Shown here: positions 23,171-37,022 of the stretch, piece after piece
Position numbering within the stretch: position 1 is the first letter of the stretch
Layout of the letters: every line of letters begins with the position of its first letter
Assembly: GCA_965203965.1 (NCBI GenBank)
Contig: CBDBDR010000017.1
Coordinates: 608,001-672,000 of the forward strand
Direction: 5' to 3'
DNA: 64,000 bases
Origin: Thermodesulfobacteriota bacterium
GTDB taxonomy: Bacteria; Desulfobacterota_D; UBA1144; Nemesobacterales; JAJCZQ01
Program-made: the position numbers and the translations under genes
Notes under the pieces: generated by a model
Database searches by the model: none
What the model was told of the DNA's origin: nothing
The model's input: the letters and a program-made list of their open reading frames with translations, nothing else

Positions 23171-24467
23171 TTATTACTGCCTCTCTTTCATAATTCAAAA
23201 ATCTTTTATAGTGCTTATATTCAAAACTTCTATCTGTTTCAGCAAAGCCATTTTTGATCAAATGTGCATTAATAAATGTTTTATTCTTTAAATACAGATA
23301 ACAAAGCAGATTGTTCTGTTCATCGTATTTCACTTCGTCAAATCTTAAAAATACTTTCTGACCTTTGGTTTTTTCTTTTAAGAACTTTTTCGCGGCAGAT
23401 AATTTCTCCTTGATTGGTTTAACGCCAATGAGCTTGACCTTCAAGCCGTCACTTAAAACTACTTCGTTCGGGGAATGAACCTCTTTAATCAAAAAATATT
23501 CATCTCTTTTACCGTTTGAACCATTGTCAATTCTTGAGCCAAATTGTAATTTTCTTGGATCAACCTCTTTACTTATTTTTACAGTATCTTTGAAAATATA
23601 GGGCAAACTACTTATATCCTTTTTGTAGTCTTTAACAACGTTGCTTGCACTAGTAAAATTAATTAAAGATCCTTCAAAAAGTTCTGGTTTGGATACGGCA
23701 AGTTTTTCCTTGATGATCGGCATAAATTCATCGTTTATTTCATATCCAATGGAATTTCTTTTTAAGTTAATTGCACTTAAACAGGTTGTCCCACTACCCA
23801 GGAAAGGATCCAATACAGTATCATCAACATAAGAAAACATTTTTATTAAACGGTTTGGTAGCTCCACGGGAAACATCGCAAGGTGTTTATCCTGTTTCTC
23901 ACCCGAAAAATTCCAATGACCGGAAAAATATTTATTCCATTCTTCTTTTGTGAGCTTAGACTTTTCCTTAATATGTTTGCTAACTTTCTTTGGTCTACCG
24001 GGTTTCTTAAACAACAATATAAATTCATAATCAATCTTTAAAATACCGTTCCTTGGATAAGGGTACGAACCCATTATGGTCGCCCCACCAGTAGTATTGG
24101 ATGTAATGATCTTTTGCCATATGATCGCCCCCATATAATCAAATCCAATAGTTTCACAAAATTTAATTACTTCAGTCCTTATGGGAATAACCTTATACCG
24201 TCTATAATAAACAGACCTAGCAAATTGGTCGCCAATATTTACACAGAGACGACATCCGTTATCCAGCACACGGTAACACTCGTTCCAGACAAGATTCAAA
24301 TTGTTGATGTAATCTTCATAAGAATCATCAAAACCTATCTGATCACTGTCCCCATAATCTTTAAGCTGCCAATACGGTGGAGATGTAACTACAATATGAA
24401 CCGAAGCGTCCTCAATCAAGTCCATATTCCTAGAATCTCCTATGACGATTTGATGATCGGTTTTCAT
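23163..24467 (-). CDS. Beta-class N4/N6 DNA methyltransferase fused to a C-terminal SNase-like domain
   Basis: VTSPPY (motif IV) precedes VLDPFLGSGTT (motif I); C-terminus VKLIGV...LLCYLYL...FINAHLIKNGFA; start reassigned to ATG 24467. Confidence 0.9.
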   Translation of the reverse strand: MKTDHQIVIGDSRNMDLIEDASVHIVVTSPPYWQLKDYGDSDQIGFDDSYEDYINNLNLVWNECYRVLDNGCRLCVNIGDQFARSVYYRRYKVIPIRTEVIKFCETIGFDYMGAIIWQKIITSNTTGGATIMGSYPYPRNGILKIDYEFILLFKKPGRPKKVSKHIKEKSKLTKEEWNKYFSGHWNFSGEKQDKHLAMFPVELPNRLIKMFSYVDDTVLDPFLGSGTTCLSAINLKRNSIGYEINDEFMPIIKEKLAVSKPELFEGSLINFTSASNVVKDYKKDISSLPYIFKDTVKISKEVDPRKLQFGSRIDNGSNGKRDEYFLIKEVHSPNEVVLSDGLKVKLIGVKPIKEKLSAAKKFLKEKTKGQKVFLRFDEVKYDEQNNLLCYLYLKNKTFINAHLIKNGFAETDRSFEYKHYKRFLNYEREAVING

Positions 24468-24712
24468 AAAAACAAAAAGGGAAAATCTATTTAACCATGA
24501 ATTCAAAGCCCAAGCACAACAAGATGTGCTAACTATGAAAATACCCAATTTGCACCTTAATTCCAAAACGTCCACGGGAACAATCCTGATACCAAACCAG
24601 CTTGATTTTCTATCCTTACACCAAATCACGGCAGGTTGAACTATCAAATTATTTACAGAGCTAAACCAACCCATATAATAGTGAGCTATATTTATAGATA
24701 ACAGAGGAAAAA

Positions 24713-25330
24713 ATGGACAATCTTGAAAAAAACCTGGATAGAGAGGTCAACAGCTATCTGCAAATTGTTGAAAGCAACCCTGAAGTGCAAAAACTACAAA
24801 ACGGGAGTATTACATCAGACGTTTATAGTAAATTCCTCAAAACGTTCTACGTTGTTGAATATTTAAGTCATAAAGCCGTAAAAAAGGCAAGTGAAAAGAC
24901 TACCAACTCACACCCCTATTTGAGCAAAAGATTTGATCTGTGCGCCAAGGGAGAACTTGGTCACGCTGAGATCGCCTTAAAAGACCTTTCCGATCTTGGC
25001 GAAACGGATCTTGAACTTAACAACAAGCAGATTGTTGACGAATACGATGACTTTCTTCAAAGGAACGCTGATGATTACCCACTGGGCATACTTGGTCATT
25101 CGTATCTTTTTGAGAATGTCTCGGGAATTTTATTTCCCAAGAACAACCCCCTTAATTTCCCTTCAAAGTTCATAGAGGTTCATGCAAAAGAAGACCCAAG
25201 ACACTCTCAGGCAATTAAGAGAACAGTTAGAAAAATAGAAAAAGACATCTCAGTAAATGATATTGAAAGGATCATTAGCATAACCAGAAAAAGCGGTAAC
25301 TACCTTTTAAAAGTGTTTGAAACTGCTTAA
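24713..25330 (+). CDS. Heme-oxygenase-like (HDO/CADD-like) iron redox protein
   Basis: Helical protein with GELGH, YLFE and HAKEDPRH putative diiron ligands. Confidence 0.7.
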   Translation: MDNLEKNLDREVNSYLQIVESNPEVQKLQNGSITSDVYSKFLKTFYVVEYLSHKAVKKASEKTTNSHPYLSKRFDLCAKGELGHAEIALKDLSDLGETDLELNNKQIVDEYDDFLQRNADDYPLGILGHSYLFENVSGILFPKNNPLNFPSKFIEVHAKEDPRHSQAIKRTVRKIEKDISVNDIERIISITRKSGNYLLKVFETA

Positions 25331-25341
25331 AATAAAACAGT

Positions 25342-26739
25342 ATGAGCAGTCCCTCCCTCCTTCTGAAACTGCGGGAATTAGTAAGTTGTAAGATCTCAAC
25401 GGACAAAGAGTTTCTTGAGCTATACGGAACCGACTGGACAAGGGAGTTCATTCCCAACCCACTGGCGGTAACATTCCCAAAAACTGTAGAAGACGTCAGG
25501 AAAATAACTACTTTTGCCAACGCAAACAAAATCCCGTTGACACCTTCGGGAGGAAGAACAGGTTTAAGTGCAGGTGCAGTAGCATCAGAAGGAGAGCTTG
25601 TAGTTTCATTTGAAAAAATGAACAAAATTCTCTCTTTCAATGAAATTGACCGTACACTGGAAGTGGAAGCTGGTGTTACCACGCAACAGGTGCAGGAATT
25701 TGCCTCAACAAAGGAGCTTTACTACCCCGTTGACTTCTCATCCAGAGGATCAAGCCAGATAGGTGGGAACATTGCCACAAATGCAGGAGGGATACACGTC
25801 ATAAGGTATGGTTCAACAAGGAATTGGGTAACGGGGTTAAAAGTTGTAACCGGTAGAGGTGAATTGCTTGATCTTAACATGGGTCTAACTAAAAACGCCA
25901 CGGGATATGATCTAAAAAATCTTTTTATCGGCAGTGAGGGAACTTTGGGGTTTATAGTGGAAGCCACCTTACAGTTGACCAGTAAACCTCGCCAATCATC
26001 CGTAATGTTGACCGGGACGGATGAAATTGGAAAATCGGTTGAAATTCTCAATATGTTCAGAGAAAAGATCACATTAAACGCATTTGAGTTTTTTTCGGCA
26101 AATGCCGTTGAACACATAACGTCAAAGACTGGAAAGAACTTTCCCATAAAAAACAGCTATATGTATTACTTGTTAATGGATTTTGAAACACCTACGGATA
26201 TTGAATTGGAAAAAGTTGACAAGATATACCGGCAAGCTGCTCGTAAGAAACTGATTGGAGAAACGGTGATCAGCCGGAGCACAGCACAGAACTCCAAACT
26301 CTGGGAGCTGCGCGAAAACGTTACGGAGTCAATATCAAAGTTTTTAACTTATAAAAACGATATTTCCGTGAGAACGTCGCAAATCCCTGCTTTTATAAAA
26401 GAGATAGAAGAAACTTTACAAAGAAAATACCCAGATTTCAGCACGATCTTGTTCGGACATATAGGAGATGGAAATATACATGTAAGCATTTTAAAACCTG
26501 AAAGTCTCAACAAGCAGAAGTTTTTGGAAACCTGTAAAAATGTGAACAAATCATTATTCGGGGTCGTGTCAAAATACAAGGGTAGCATATCTGCCGAGCA
26601 TGGCGTTGGTCTCATCAAAAAACCCTACCTGACCTACACACGAACAAAGGAAGAGATCAATATAATGAGGGGAATAAAAAAAGTTTTTGACCCCAATAAC
26701 ATCTTGAACCCCGGCAAGATATTTCCCGATCAGGTTTGA
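25342..26739 (+). CDS. FAD-binding oxidoreductase (GlcD/D-2-hydroxyacid dehydrogenase family)
   Basis: PSGGRTGLSAGA, IGGNIATNAGG, GSEGTLG, FGHIGDGNIH, SAEHGVG, DPNNILNPGK. Confidence 0.92.
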   Translation: MSSPSLLLKLRELVSCKISTDKEFLELYGTDWTREFIPNPLAVTFPKTVEDVRKITTFANANKIPLTPSGGRTGLSAGAVASEGELVVSFEKMNKILSFNEIDRTLEVEAGVTTQQVQEFASTKELYYPVDFSSRGSSQIGGNIATNAGGIHVIRYGSTRNWVTGLKVVTGRGELLDLNMGLTKNATGYDLKNLFIGSEGTLGFIVEATLQLTSKPRQSSVMLTGTDEIGKSVEILNMFREKITLNAFEFFSANAVEHITSKTGKNFPIKNSYMYYLLMDFETPTDIELEKVDKIYRQAARKKLIGETVISRSTAQNSKLWELRENVTESISKFLTYKNDISVRTSQIPAFIKEIEETLQRKYPDFSTILFGHIGDGNIHVSILKPESLNKQKFLETCKNVNKSLFGVVSKYKGSISAEHGVGLIKKPYLTYTRTKEEINIMRGIKKVFDPNNILNPGKIFPDQV

Positions 26740-27299
26740 ACCTCACTATGGCGGAAGCAGTCAATAACGTGATCATTCACAACACCAACGGCCTGAATAT
26801 GAGAATACAGAATGGTTGATCCTAAAAATTGAAATCCCTTGCCTTTTAGATCTTTTGCAATAGAATCAGAGAGTTTGGTGTTGGGAGGTATTTCCGACAG
26901 GTTTTTCCAGTTGTTAATAACTGGTTTCCCATCTACAAAACCCCAGAGATAATTACTGAAGCTTCCATATTTCTCCTGAATATCAATGAATTTTTTCGCA
27001 TTATTGACGGATGCCTCTATCTTTTTCCTGTTCCTGATGATCCCGGGATTCAGCAATAGTTCTTCAATTTTTTCATTACCAAAACCCACAACTTTTTCCA
27101 CGTTGAAATCATCGTAAGCCCTTCTGAAATTCTCTCTTTTTTTTAATATGGTGAACCAACTTAAACCCGCTTGTGCTGACTCCAGAACCAGGAACTCAAA
27201 CTGCTTTCGGTCATTAAATACCGGCAGCCCCCACTCTTCATCATGATACTTTATATACAAATCATGCCTGAGGCACCACTGGCATCTTTTCATACTCAT
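26730..27299 (-). CDS. tag: DNA-3-methyladenine glycosylase I
   Basis: RCQW, YHDEEWG, LESAQAGLSW, NDHVIDCF. Confidence 0.95.
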   Translation of the reverse strand: MSMKRCQWCLRHDLYIKYHDEEWGLPVFNDRKQFEFLVLESAQAGLSWFTILKKRENFRRAYDDFNVEKVVGFGNEKIEELLLNPGIIRNRKKIEASVNNAKKFIDIQEKYGSFSNYLWGFVDGKPVINNWKNLSEIPPNTKLSDSIAKDLKGKGFQFLGSTILYSHIQAVGVVNDHVIDCFRHSEVQT

Positions 27300-27346
27300 C
27301 ACAGAATTTTGCCATAATTTATGCAAAAACATACATCCAAAATTAT

Positions 27347-28096
27347 TTACCTGTAGAGCGGGTTTTCAAAATCAAATCTGCACCCCGCATCCCATTTAGA
27401 ACGCTGGTTACCATGTGCGGGGATTCCTCCTGCGTCTTTTATCATTCGTGCAAGGTGCATCAAGTTCCACGTCATAAAAGTAGTGTTACGATTGGTAAAA
27501 TCATTCTCGGGACCGCCAGACCCCTCATCAAGATAAGATGGGCCTGGGCCAGCTTCACCCAACCAACCAGCATCTGCCTGTGGAGGGATCACGTAGCCAA
27601 GATGTTGCAATGAATAAAGAATATTCATCGCACAGTGCTTTGCACCGTCCTCATTACCAGTTATCAAACATCCCCCAACGCGTCCATAGTAGGCGTATTG
27701 TCCTGCATCATTCAGATCACCGGATGTTGAATAAAGCCTTTCTATTACCTGCGTGCACACGGAAGACTTCTCTCCAAGCCATATAGGGGAAGTAATGACC
27801 AAAATATCCGAGTCAATCACCTTCTTATAAATATCAGGCCACTCATCCTTATCCCATCCATGCTCGGTCATATCACCCCATACTCCAAAAGCAACTTTGT
27901 AATCCACGGGTCTAAGGCATTCAACGCTTACCCCATTCTCTTCCATTATAAGCCTTGAAATATCAATCAAACCCTGGGTGTGTGATAATTCAGGGGATTT
28001 TTTCAGTGTGCAATTCAAAAAAATAGCTTTAAGATCATTGAAATCCCACTTACTCCCTTCACACATTTTTAGTTGTTTTTCATTAAGCTCAGTCAT
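27347..28096 (-). CDS. Flavodoxin family / NAD(P)H-dependent FMN reductase
   Basis: NCTLKKSPELSHTQG, SPIWLG, ITGNEDG. Confidence 0.85.
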   Translation of the reverse strand: MTELNEKQLKMCEGSKWDFNDLKAIFLNCTLKKSPELSHTQGLIDISRLIMEENGVSVECLRPVDYKVAFGVWGDMTEHGWDKDEWPDIYKKVIDSDILVITSPIWLGEKSSVCTQVIERLYSTSGDLNDAGQYAYYGRVGGCLITGNEDGAKHCAMNILYSLQHLGYVIPPQADAGWLGEAGPGPSYLDEGSGGPENDFTNRNTTFMTWNLMHLARMIKDAGGIPAHGNQRSKWDAGCRFDFENPLYR

Positions 28097-28229
28097 CGGA
28101 TTTCCTCTATTCCTAACCATTTGCACCGGACAGAACAGACCAGATCCTGATCGCTCCCCATAGAACTGTAAGGTAGGTTAAGGCTAAGAGAGTTTTGTTT
28201 GGCTTTTGAGAAACAAGACGATATTATCG

Positions 28230-29567
28230 CTAACACCCATCTTCAGTAACCTTAGTAATTTGAGTATTACCAGCATTAGTGCTCGCTTCAACCACCTTAT
28301 TAATTTCAATCATGCCTGAGTTAGCATACTCAATAATTTCATAGAACGTACTGGTTGCCTCTCCATTCTCATCAAATTCTATAGCGCCCGACACCCCATC
28401 GTAGTTAATATTATCATTCGTTTCATCGTCATCTGTTAGAAATCTAGCACATTCTCCATAAGTATTACAAGGTGTTCCACCACGGGAAACTTTGATCATC
28501 TCAGAAACATATTCGGTCGGTTCATTACTTCCAGCGGACAAAGATGCTAATGCAAGAATCACTAAGGCATCATACGCTTGAAACCCATAGTAAAAGCGAT
28601 CCAATTCTGGATTAACTTCTCTCAAATCTGCTTCAAAACTTTCAGATCTGCATAGATCACCGGATATTTGTACAGACTTGATACTACCACCAGCACCATT
28701 AATTGACGTTATTACCTCAGGGTCTAAATCTATACCAATTCCCAGATAGTATTCGGCGCCGTTGGGGATATCATTCCTGTCTACCACTTCTGCCAATATG
28801 GCCCTACCCTCTCCAAAAGAGAGGAGAACTATAACGTCAGTATTGCTGTCAGTAATACCTGAAATATCCGTGATTATAGACTCGGTATCTGCGGAAGGGG
28901 CATAAGACAGTGTTGACACTACTACATTTCTACCAACGAAATAATCATCAGAATCAATAATCCTTTCTATCTCTTCCGACAATCTCCTTCCCCAATCATC
29001 GTCACGATAAACAAGTGCTATGTCAACTGTGTCAAGAGAGGCAGTGTCCTCATCTATAGTATCTACAATTAATTCTGTTTTATGAACAGAATCCGAAACA
29101 GTGGTTCTATAGTAATAAGGATAATCAAGTCCCGTTCTGGCTAAAAAACGCTCATTGTATTCAGTTAGGCTTGGAGATGTGTTAGCAGGCGATACCATAA
29201 CTACCTCGCTTCCGATCACCCGATAGATTATGCCAAGAGAAACTCCAGAAGCATAAGCTCCGACAATACCATGAACACCTATATCTAAAAGTTCCCCTGC
29301 AACTTGATAAGCTGCACCAGGGTTACCTTCACTATCCCTAAAAATTAACTCGACGTCTCCCCCGGCTCCATTAATATCAGACGCCGCAACATCAATAGCT
29401 GCCTTCATGGCCGGGAAATCTGTGCCAGATTCAGGCAATATCACTCCTATACAGAGAGAATCCACACATGTTGTATCATCATCTTCCTCACAACCAACAT
29501 TAAACAACGAAAAACTCACTAAACTTAAAATTGAAACGATCAAAAAACTTAATTTTCTAAAATACAA
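28230..29567 (-). CDS. LivJ/K-type periplasmic binding lipoprotein
   Basis: Lipobox NVGC, IGVILPESG, GAYASGVS, SPANTSP, YDA, YDGVSGAIEFDENG. Confidence 0.85.
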   Translation of the reverse strand: MYFRKLSFLIVSILSLVSFSLFNVGCEEDDDTTCVDSLCIGVILPESGTDFPAMKAAIDVAASDINGAGGDVELIFRDSEGNPGAAYQVAGELLDIGVHGIVGAYASGVSLGIIYRVIGSEVVMVSPANTSPSLTEYNERFLARTGLDYPYYYRTTVSDSVHKTELIVDTIDEDTASLDTVDIALVYRDDDWGRRLSEEIERIIDSDDYFVGRNVVVSTLSYAPSADTESIITDISGITDSNTDVIVLLSFGEGRAILAEVVDRNDIPNGAEYYLGIGIDLDPEVITSINGAGGSIKSVQISGDLCRSESFEADLREVNPELDRFYYGFQAYDALVILALASLSAGSNEPTEYVSEMIKVSRGGTPCNTYGECARFLTDDDETNDNINYDGVSGAIEFDENGEATSTFYEIIEYANSGMIEINKVVEASTNAGNTQITKVTEDGC

Positions 29568-29659
29568 TTTTCTAACTCCTTTAATGAAATTGCTTACCCT
29601 TGTGTATTGAAGCAGAAAAATTATTTTAAGTCAATAAAAATTGATGCTGTTCAATTGGC

Positions 29660-31084
29660 TTAGGTGCAGTCTCCCGTAGGAGTTCCATCCAAATTGTACA
29701 CCGTTTCAGTCCTGCTACCGGCAACAGTAGTATCATACTCATAAACGGCATAGAACCCTTTGGTTATATCTTTCACATCGTTAAAATCTATCGGACCCGA
29801 AACTCCCTCGTAGTTAATATCGTTATTATTCTCATCACCATCCGTTAGCAGATCGGCACATTCCCTGTAACTTTCACAAGTTTCCCCAACTTCGGAAACT
29901 GGCTTCATATAATCAACATAGACTTCTGGGTCGTCACTCTTGGCAGCCAGAGAAGCCAGAGCCATAAGTACCAGGGCATCATAAGAATGATGTGAGAATG
30001 CAAAACTTGTCAATCCAACGATTTCATTCTGAAGACGTCTGTTAAAGTCTCCTTCTTTACACTTATCTGGGGCTGATGCAATTGCAATTATGCCATTGGT
30101 TAAATCTTTGTTAAAGGAAGGAGGTGGAGGACTTAAAATACTCTCTACTTCTACCAATCTTTCACCGATGTCCAAAGGAACAAACCCATCCCCTGTATAG
30201 TATCTAGCTAGACCAGGAACACCCAACGACGCTGTGCCGGTCGCACTCGTTGGATTTGGAATACCATCATCTTCTAACATAGCTCTCAATATATTAGCTC
30301 CTTCAGTAAAGGCAAAGAGGATTATTACATCCGCTTCCCCTATATCTCCAGTTGCGCTATCTTTAAGGTCATTAACTATCGTCCTAACTTGGATATTAGT
30401 TATAGGATTCTCTGATGTAATTTCAGGGTATTTTACTGTTTTGATAAGAGTCAAATTTGGGTTATTTTCAATCGAAAATTCCACCCCCTGTGATAAACTT
30501 TCTCCCCACCGATCATCACGATAGATTAAGGCTATCTGAGCTTTATTTGACTCTGTTGCACCGGTATCTGTTTTTATTCTTTCTATCATAAATGGTACAA
30601 TAAAGACATCTGAAGGAGCTGTTCTGTGGAAAAAAGTCTTTTGAAGAGCAAAAGGATCACTTAGAATAAATTCGTTTAATGCAGTAAAAGCAGGTGCTGT
30701 GGCAGAAGGAGATACCATAACTACGCGACTCGAGTGCACCTTTGTTAAAATTCGGCCAGAAACACTGGAAGAAGCGGCTCCAAGTACGCCTTCAATTCCA
30801 AGATCTAATAACTCTTCCGCTGCGAGAAAACCTACTTCCGGATCTTCACGACTATCTCTGTAAATAATCTTAATATTTCCACCAGCATTATTAATATCAG
30901 ACTCTGCCAGACTGGCACCCGCTACTGATGGGTCATCCTCGGGCAGAATTACCCCTATACAAAGAGTCTCGTCATCTAACGCACATTCATTACCTTCGTC
31001 ATCATCACAGGCAGATAACAAAAAACCACTCACAATTAACATCAAAGCTAAAAAATAGAAAATCACGCGACCTGATCGTTCCAT
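29660..31084 (-). CDS. LivJ/K-type periplasmic binding lipoprotein (paralog)
   Basis: Lipobox LSAC, GAASSSVS, RTAPSD, YEGVSGPIDF; SD supports ATG 31084. Confidence 0.85.
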   Translation of the reverse strand: MERSGRVIFYFLALMLIVSGFLLSACDDDEGNECALDDETLCIGVILPEDDPSVAGASLAESDINNAGGNIKIIYRDSREDPEVGFLAAEELLDLGIEGVLGAASSSVSGRILTKVHSSRVVMVSPSATAPAFTALNEFILSDPFALQKTFFHRTAPSDVFIVPFMIERIKTDTGATESNKAQIALIYRDDRWGESLSQGVEFSIENNPNLTLIKTVKYPEITSENPITNIQVRTIVNDLKDSATGDIGEADVIILFAFTEGANILRAMLEDDGIPNPTSATGTASLGVPGLARYYTGDGFVPLDIGERLVEVESILSPPPPSFNKDLTNGIIAIASAPDKCKEGDFNRRLQNEIVGLTSFAFSHHSYDALVLMALASLAAKSDDPEVYVDYMKPVSEVGETCESYRECADLLTDGDENNNDINYEGVSGPIDFNDVKDITKGFYAVYEYDTTVAGSRTETVYNLDGTPTGDCT

Positions 31085-31245
31085 AGAATTTAAACCTCCA
31101 TTGAAGACCAAAAGTCTAAAAACATGTTTTCGACATCAGAATTGTTCAACCTTTTTGATCTTATAGGTTTACCTTTTCTTTTTTTGACATAACTGAAATA
31201 TAATGCTGAGAAAAACGCCATTAGTTTGAGAATTTTTAAGCCCCG

Positions 31246-34203
<2,958 letters not shown>

Positions 34204-34301
34204 GCGAGGCATAAAAATCCTCAAAATTACCTTTCTATCGTAATACCTAATGGCACGTTTAATTACTCAGCATTATATTCAGTTGTCAAAGATCAAAATT
34301 A

Positions 34302-34374
34302 TGGAGGTGAGCGGGATCGAACCGCTGACCTTCTGCTTGCAAAGCAGGTGCTCTCCCAGCTGAGCTACACCCCC
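34302..34374 (-). tRNA. tRNA-Ala(TGC)
   Basis: GGGGGTGTAGCTCAGCTGGGAGAGCACCTGCTTTGCAAGCAG...CACCTCCA in the ITS. Confidence 0.97.
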
Positions 34375-34387
34375 CAATAGATTAGCG

Positions 34388-34461
<74 letters not shown>

Positions 34462-34549
34462 GCCCTGATAAAACTTTTATGAGAACACAAAAAATTTTAA
34501 TTTAATAAATAGCAGCAAAGAAGAAAGTTTTGAGTCAAATTCTCCGTTA

Positions 34550-36084
<1,535 letters not shown>

Positions 36085-36191
36085 ACTGAAAAACAATTTA
36101 TAAACTAATGGAATTTACCCTTAACTCGCTTCTTGCTGCTATTTAATTTTCAAAGATCAATAATAAACCTCGTAATAACGAGGGGAGATTT

Positions 36192-36219
36192 ATAATAGTC
36201 AATAAATGACCGATGTCAA
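36192..36219 (-). promoter_or_regulatory. rRNA operon promoter
   Basis: TTGACA-16 bp-TATTAT on the minus strand; boxA-like TGATCTTTGA at ~36150-36159 and again in the ITS at ~34286-34295. Confidence 0.7.
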
Positions 36220-36341
36220 TACAATAAATCTCAATTTATGAAAATAATATGAAAAGATCTAATTGTCCTGTCAGACTTGTGCCTGACACCCTAATCCGTA
36301 GTAGGTAAATTTCCTATTCCCTTTCCCTGACGGGGTGGCAT

Positions 36342-37022
36342 TTATCTTCTTGCAGGCAGTTTTATAACTTCCGCATCCTTTGGAGGTTTGAACCTAAAAA
36401 CACGGTCGGAGATATTTGTGTTCGTCCGGGGCTTTAACAGCGAGATACTGGTTTGATTACCAAATGGGTCAAAAAGGTAAATCGTATCTACAAGTGAACT
36501 TGACCTGTTTACGTTTATGACAATTCGGTTATTAACATCTTCTTTGTTCCCTTCCTTTGGAGTTAATTCAAGCAGGTCACCATTTTTTACACTCAAACTC
36601 TTATCATTTACAAATTTAACCTCGAATAGTTTTCTTATTTCTCCTAAACCTGAAAGGAGCATTGCAGAACCTGTATCCTCGCTGATATTTTCAAGTGTGG
36701 ATTCCATTACCTGATTGTCCTGCTCAAAGTAGTAAAAAACCTTCTTGCCATCTGAAACTATCTTATCCTTTGTAGGTGAATGGTAGCTCCACTTCATTTT
36801 ATCCGGCTTCTTAAACCAAACTTTTCCGAAAGATTTCTGTGTCTTTCCAAGAGCCCTTACCTCAACCTCCTGAGAAAAGTCAGCGTGGAAATCACTTATG
36901 TTCTTATATTTTTCTTGTAATTTATCCACAATCCTATTCAAGTCATATTCCTGACTTGAGAAAACCACCTGACTTGAAGCAACAAATGTAAAAATTAGAA
37001 CTGCATAAACTTTTCTTATCAA
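36342..37022 (-). CDS. lolA: Outer-membrane lipoprotein carrier LolA
   Basis: ADFSQ, KKPDKMKWSY, IVSDGK, FKPPKDAEVI; follows ftsK. Confidence 0.88.
   Translation of the reverse strand: MIRKVYAVLIFTFVASSQVVFSSQEYDLNRIVDKLQEKYKNISDFHADFSQEVEVRALGKTQKSFGKVWFKKPDKMKWSYHSPTKDKIVSDGKKVFYYFEQDNQVMESTLENISEDTGSAMLLSGLGEIRKLFEVKFVNDKSLSVKNGDLLELTPKEGNKEDVNNRIVINVNRSSSLVDTIYLFDPFGNQTSISLLKPRTNTNISDRVFRFKPPKDAEVIKLPARR

Noticed and set aside
24468..24674. 69-aa N-terminal extension of the DNA methyltransferase in the ORF track
   Set aside because: The recognisable domain starts at MKTDHQIVIGDSR; the extension overlaps the divergent promoter region and has atypical composition.
17987..24700. tRNA-Arg-anchored integrative island
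   Set aside because: The accessory region lies on the tRNA 5' side; no integrase and no duplicated tRNA 3' end were found.
36269..36288. TGTCAG-N8-CTGACA palindrome upstream of the rRNA promoter
   Set aside because: Only a 6-bp stem, single copy; could be chance.
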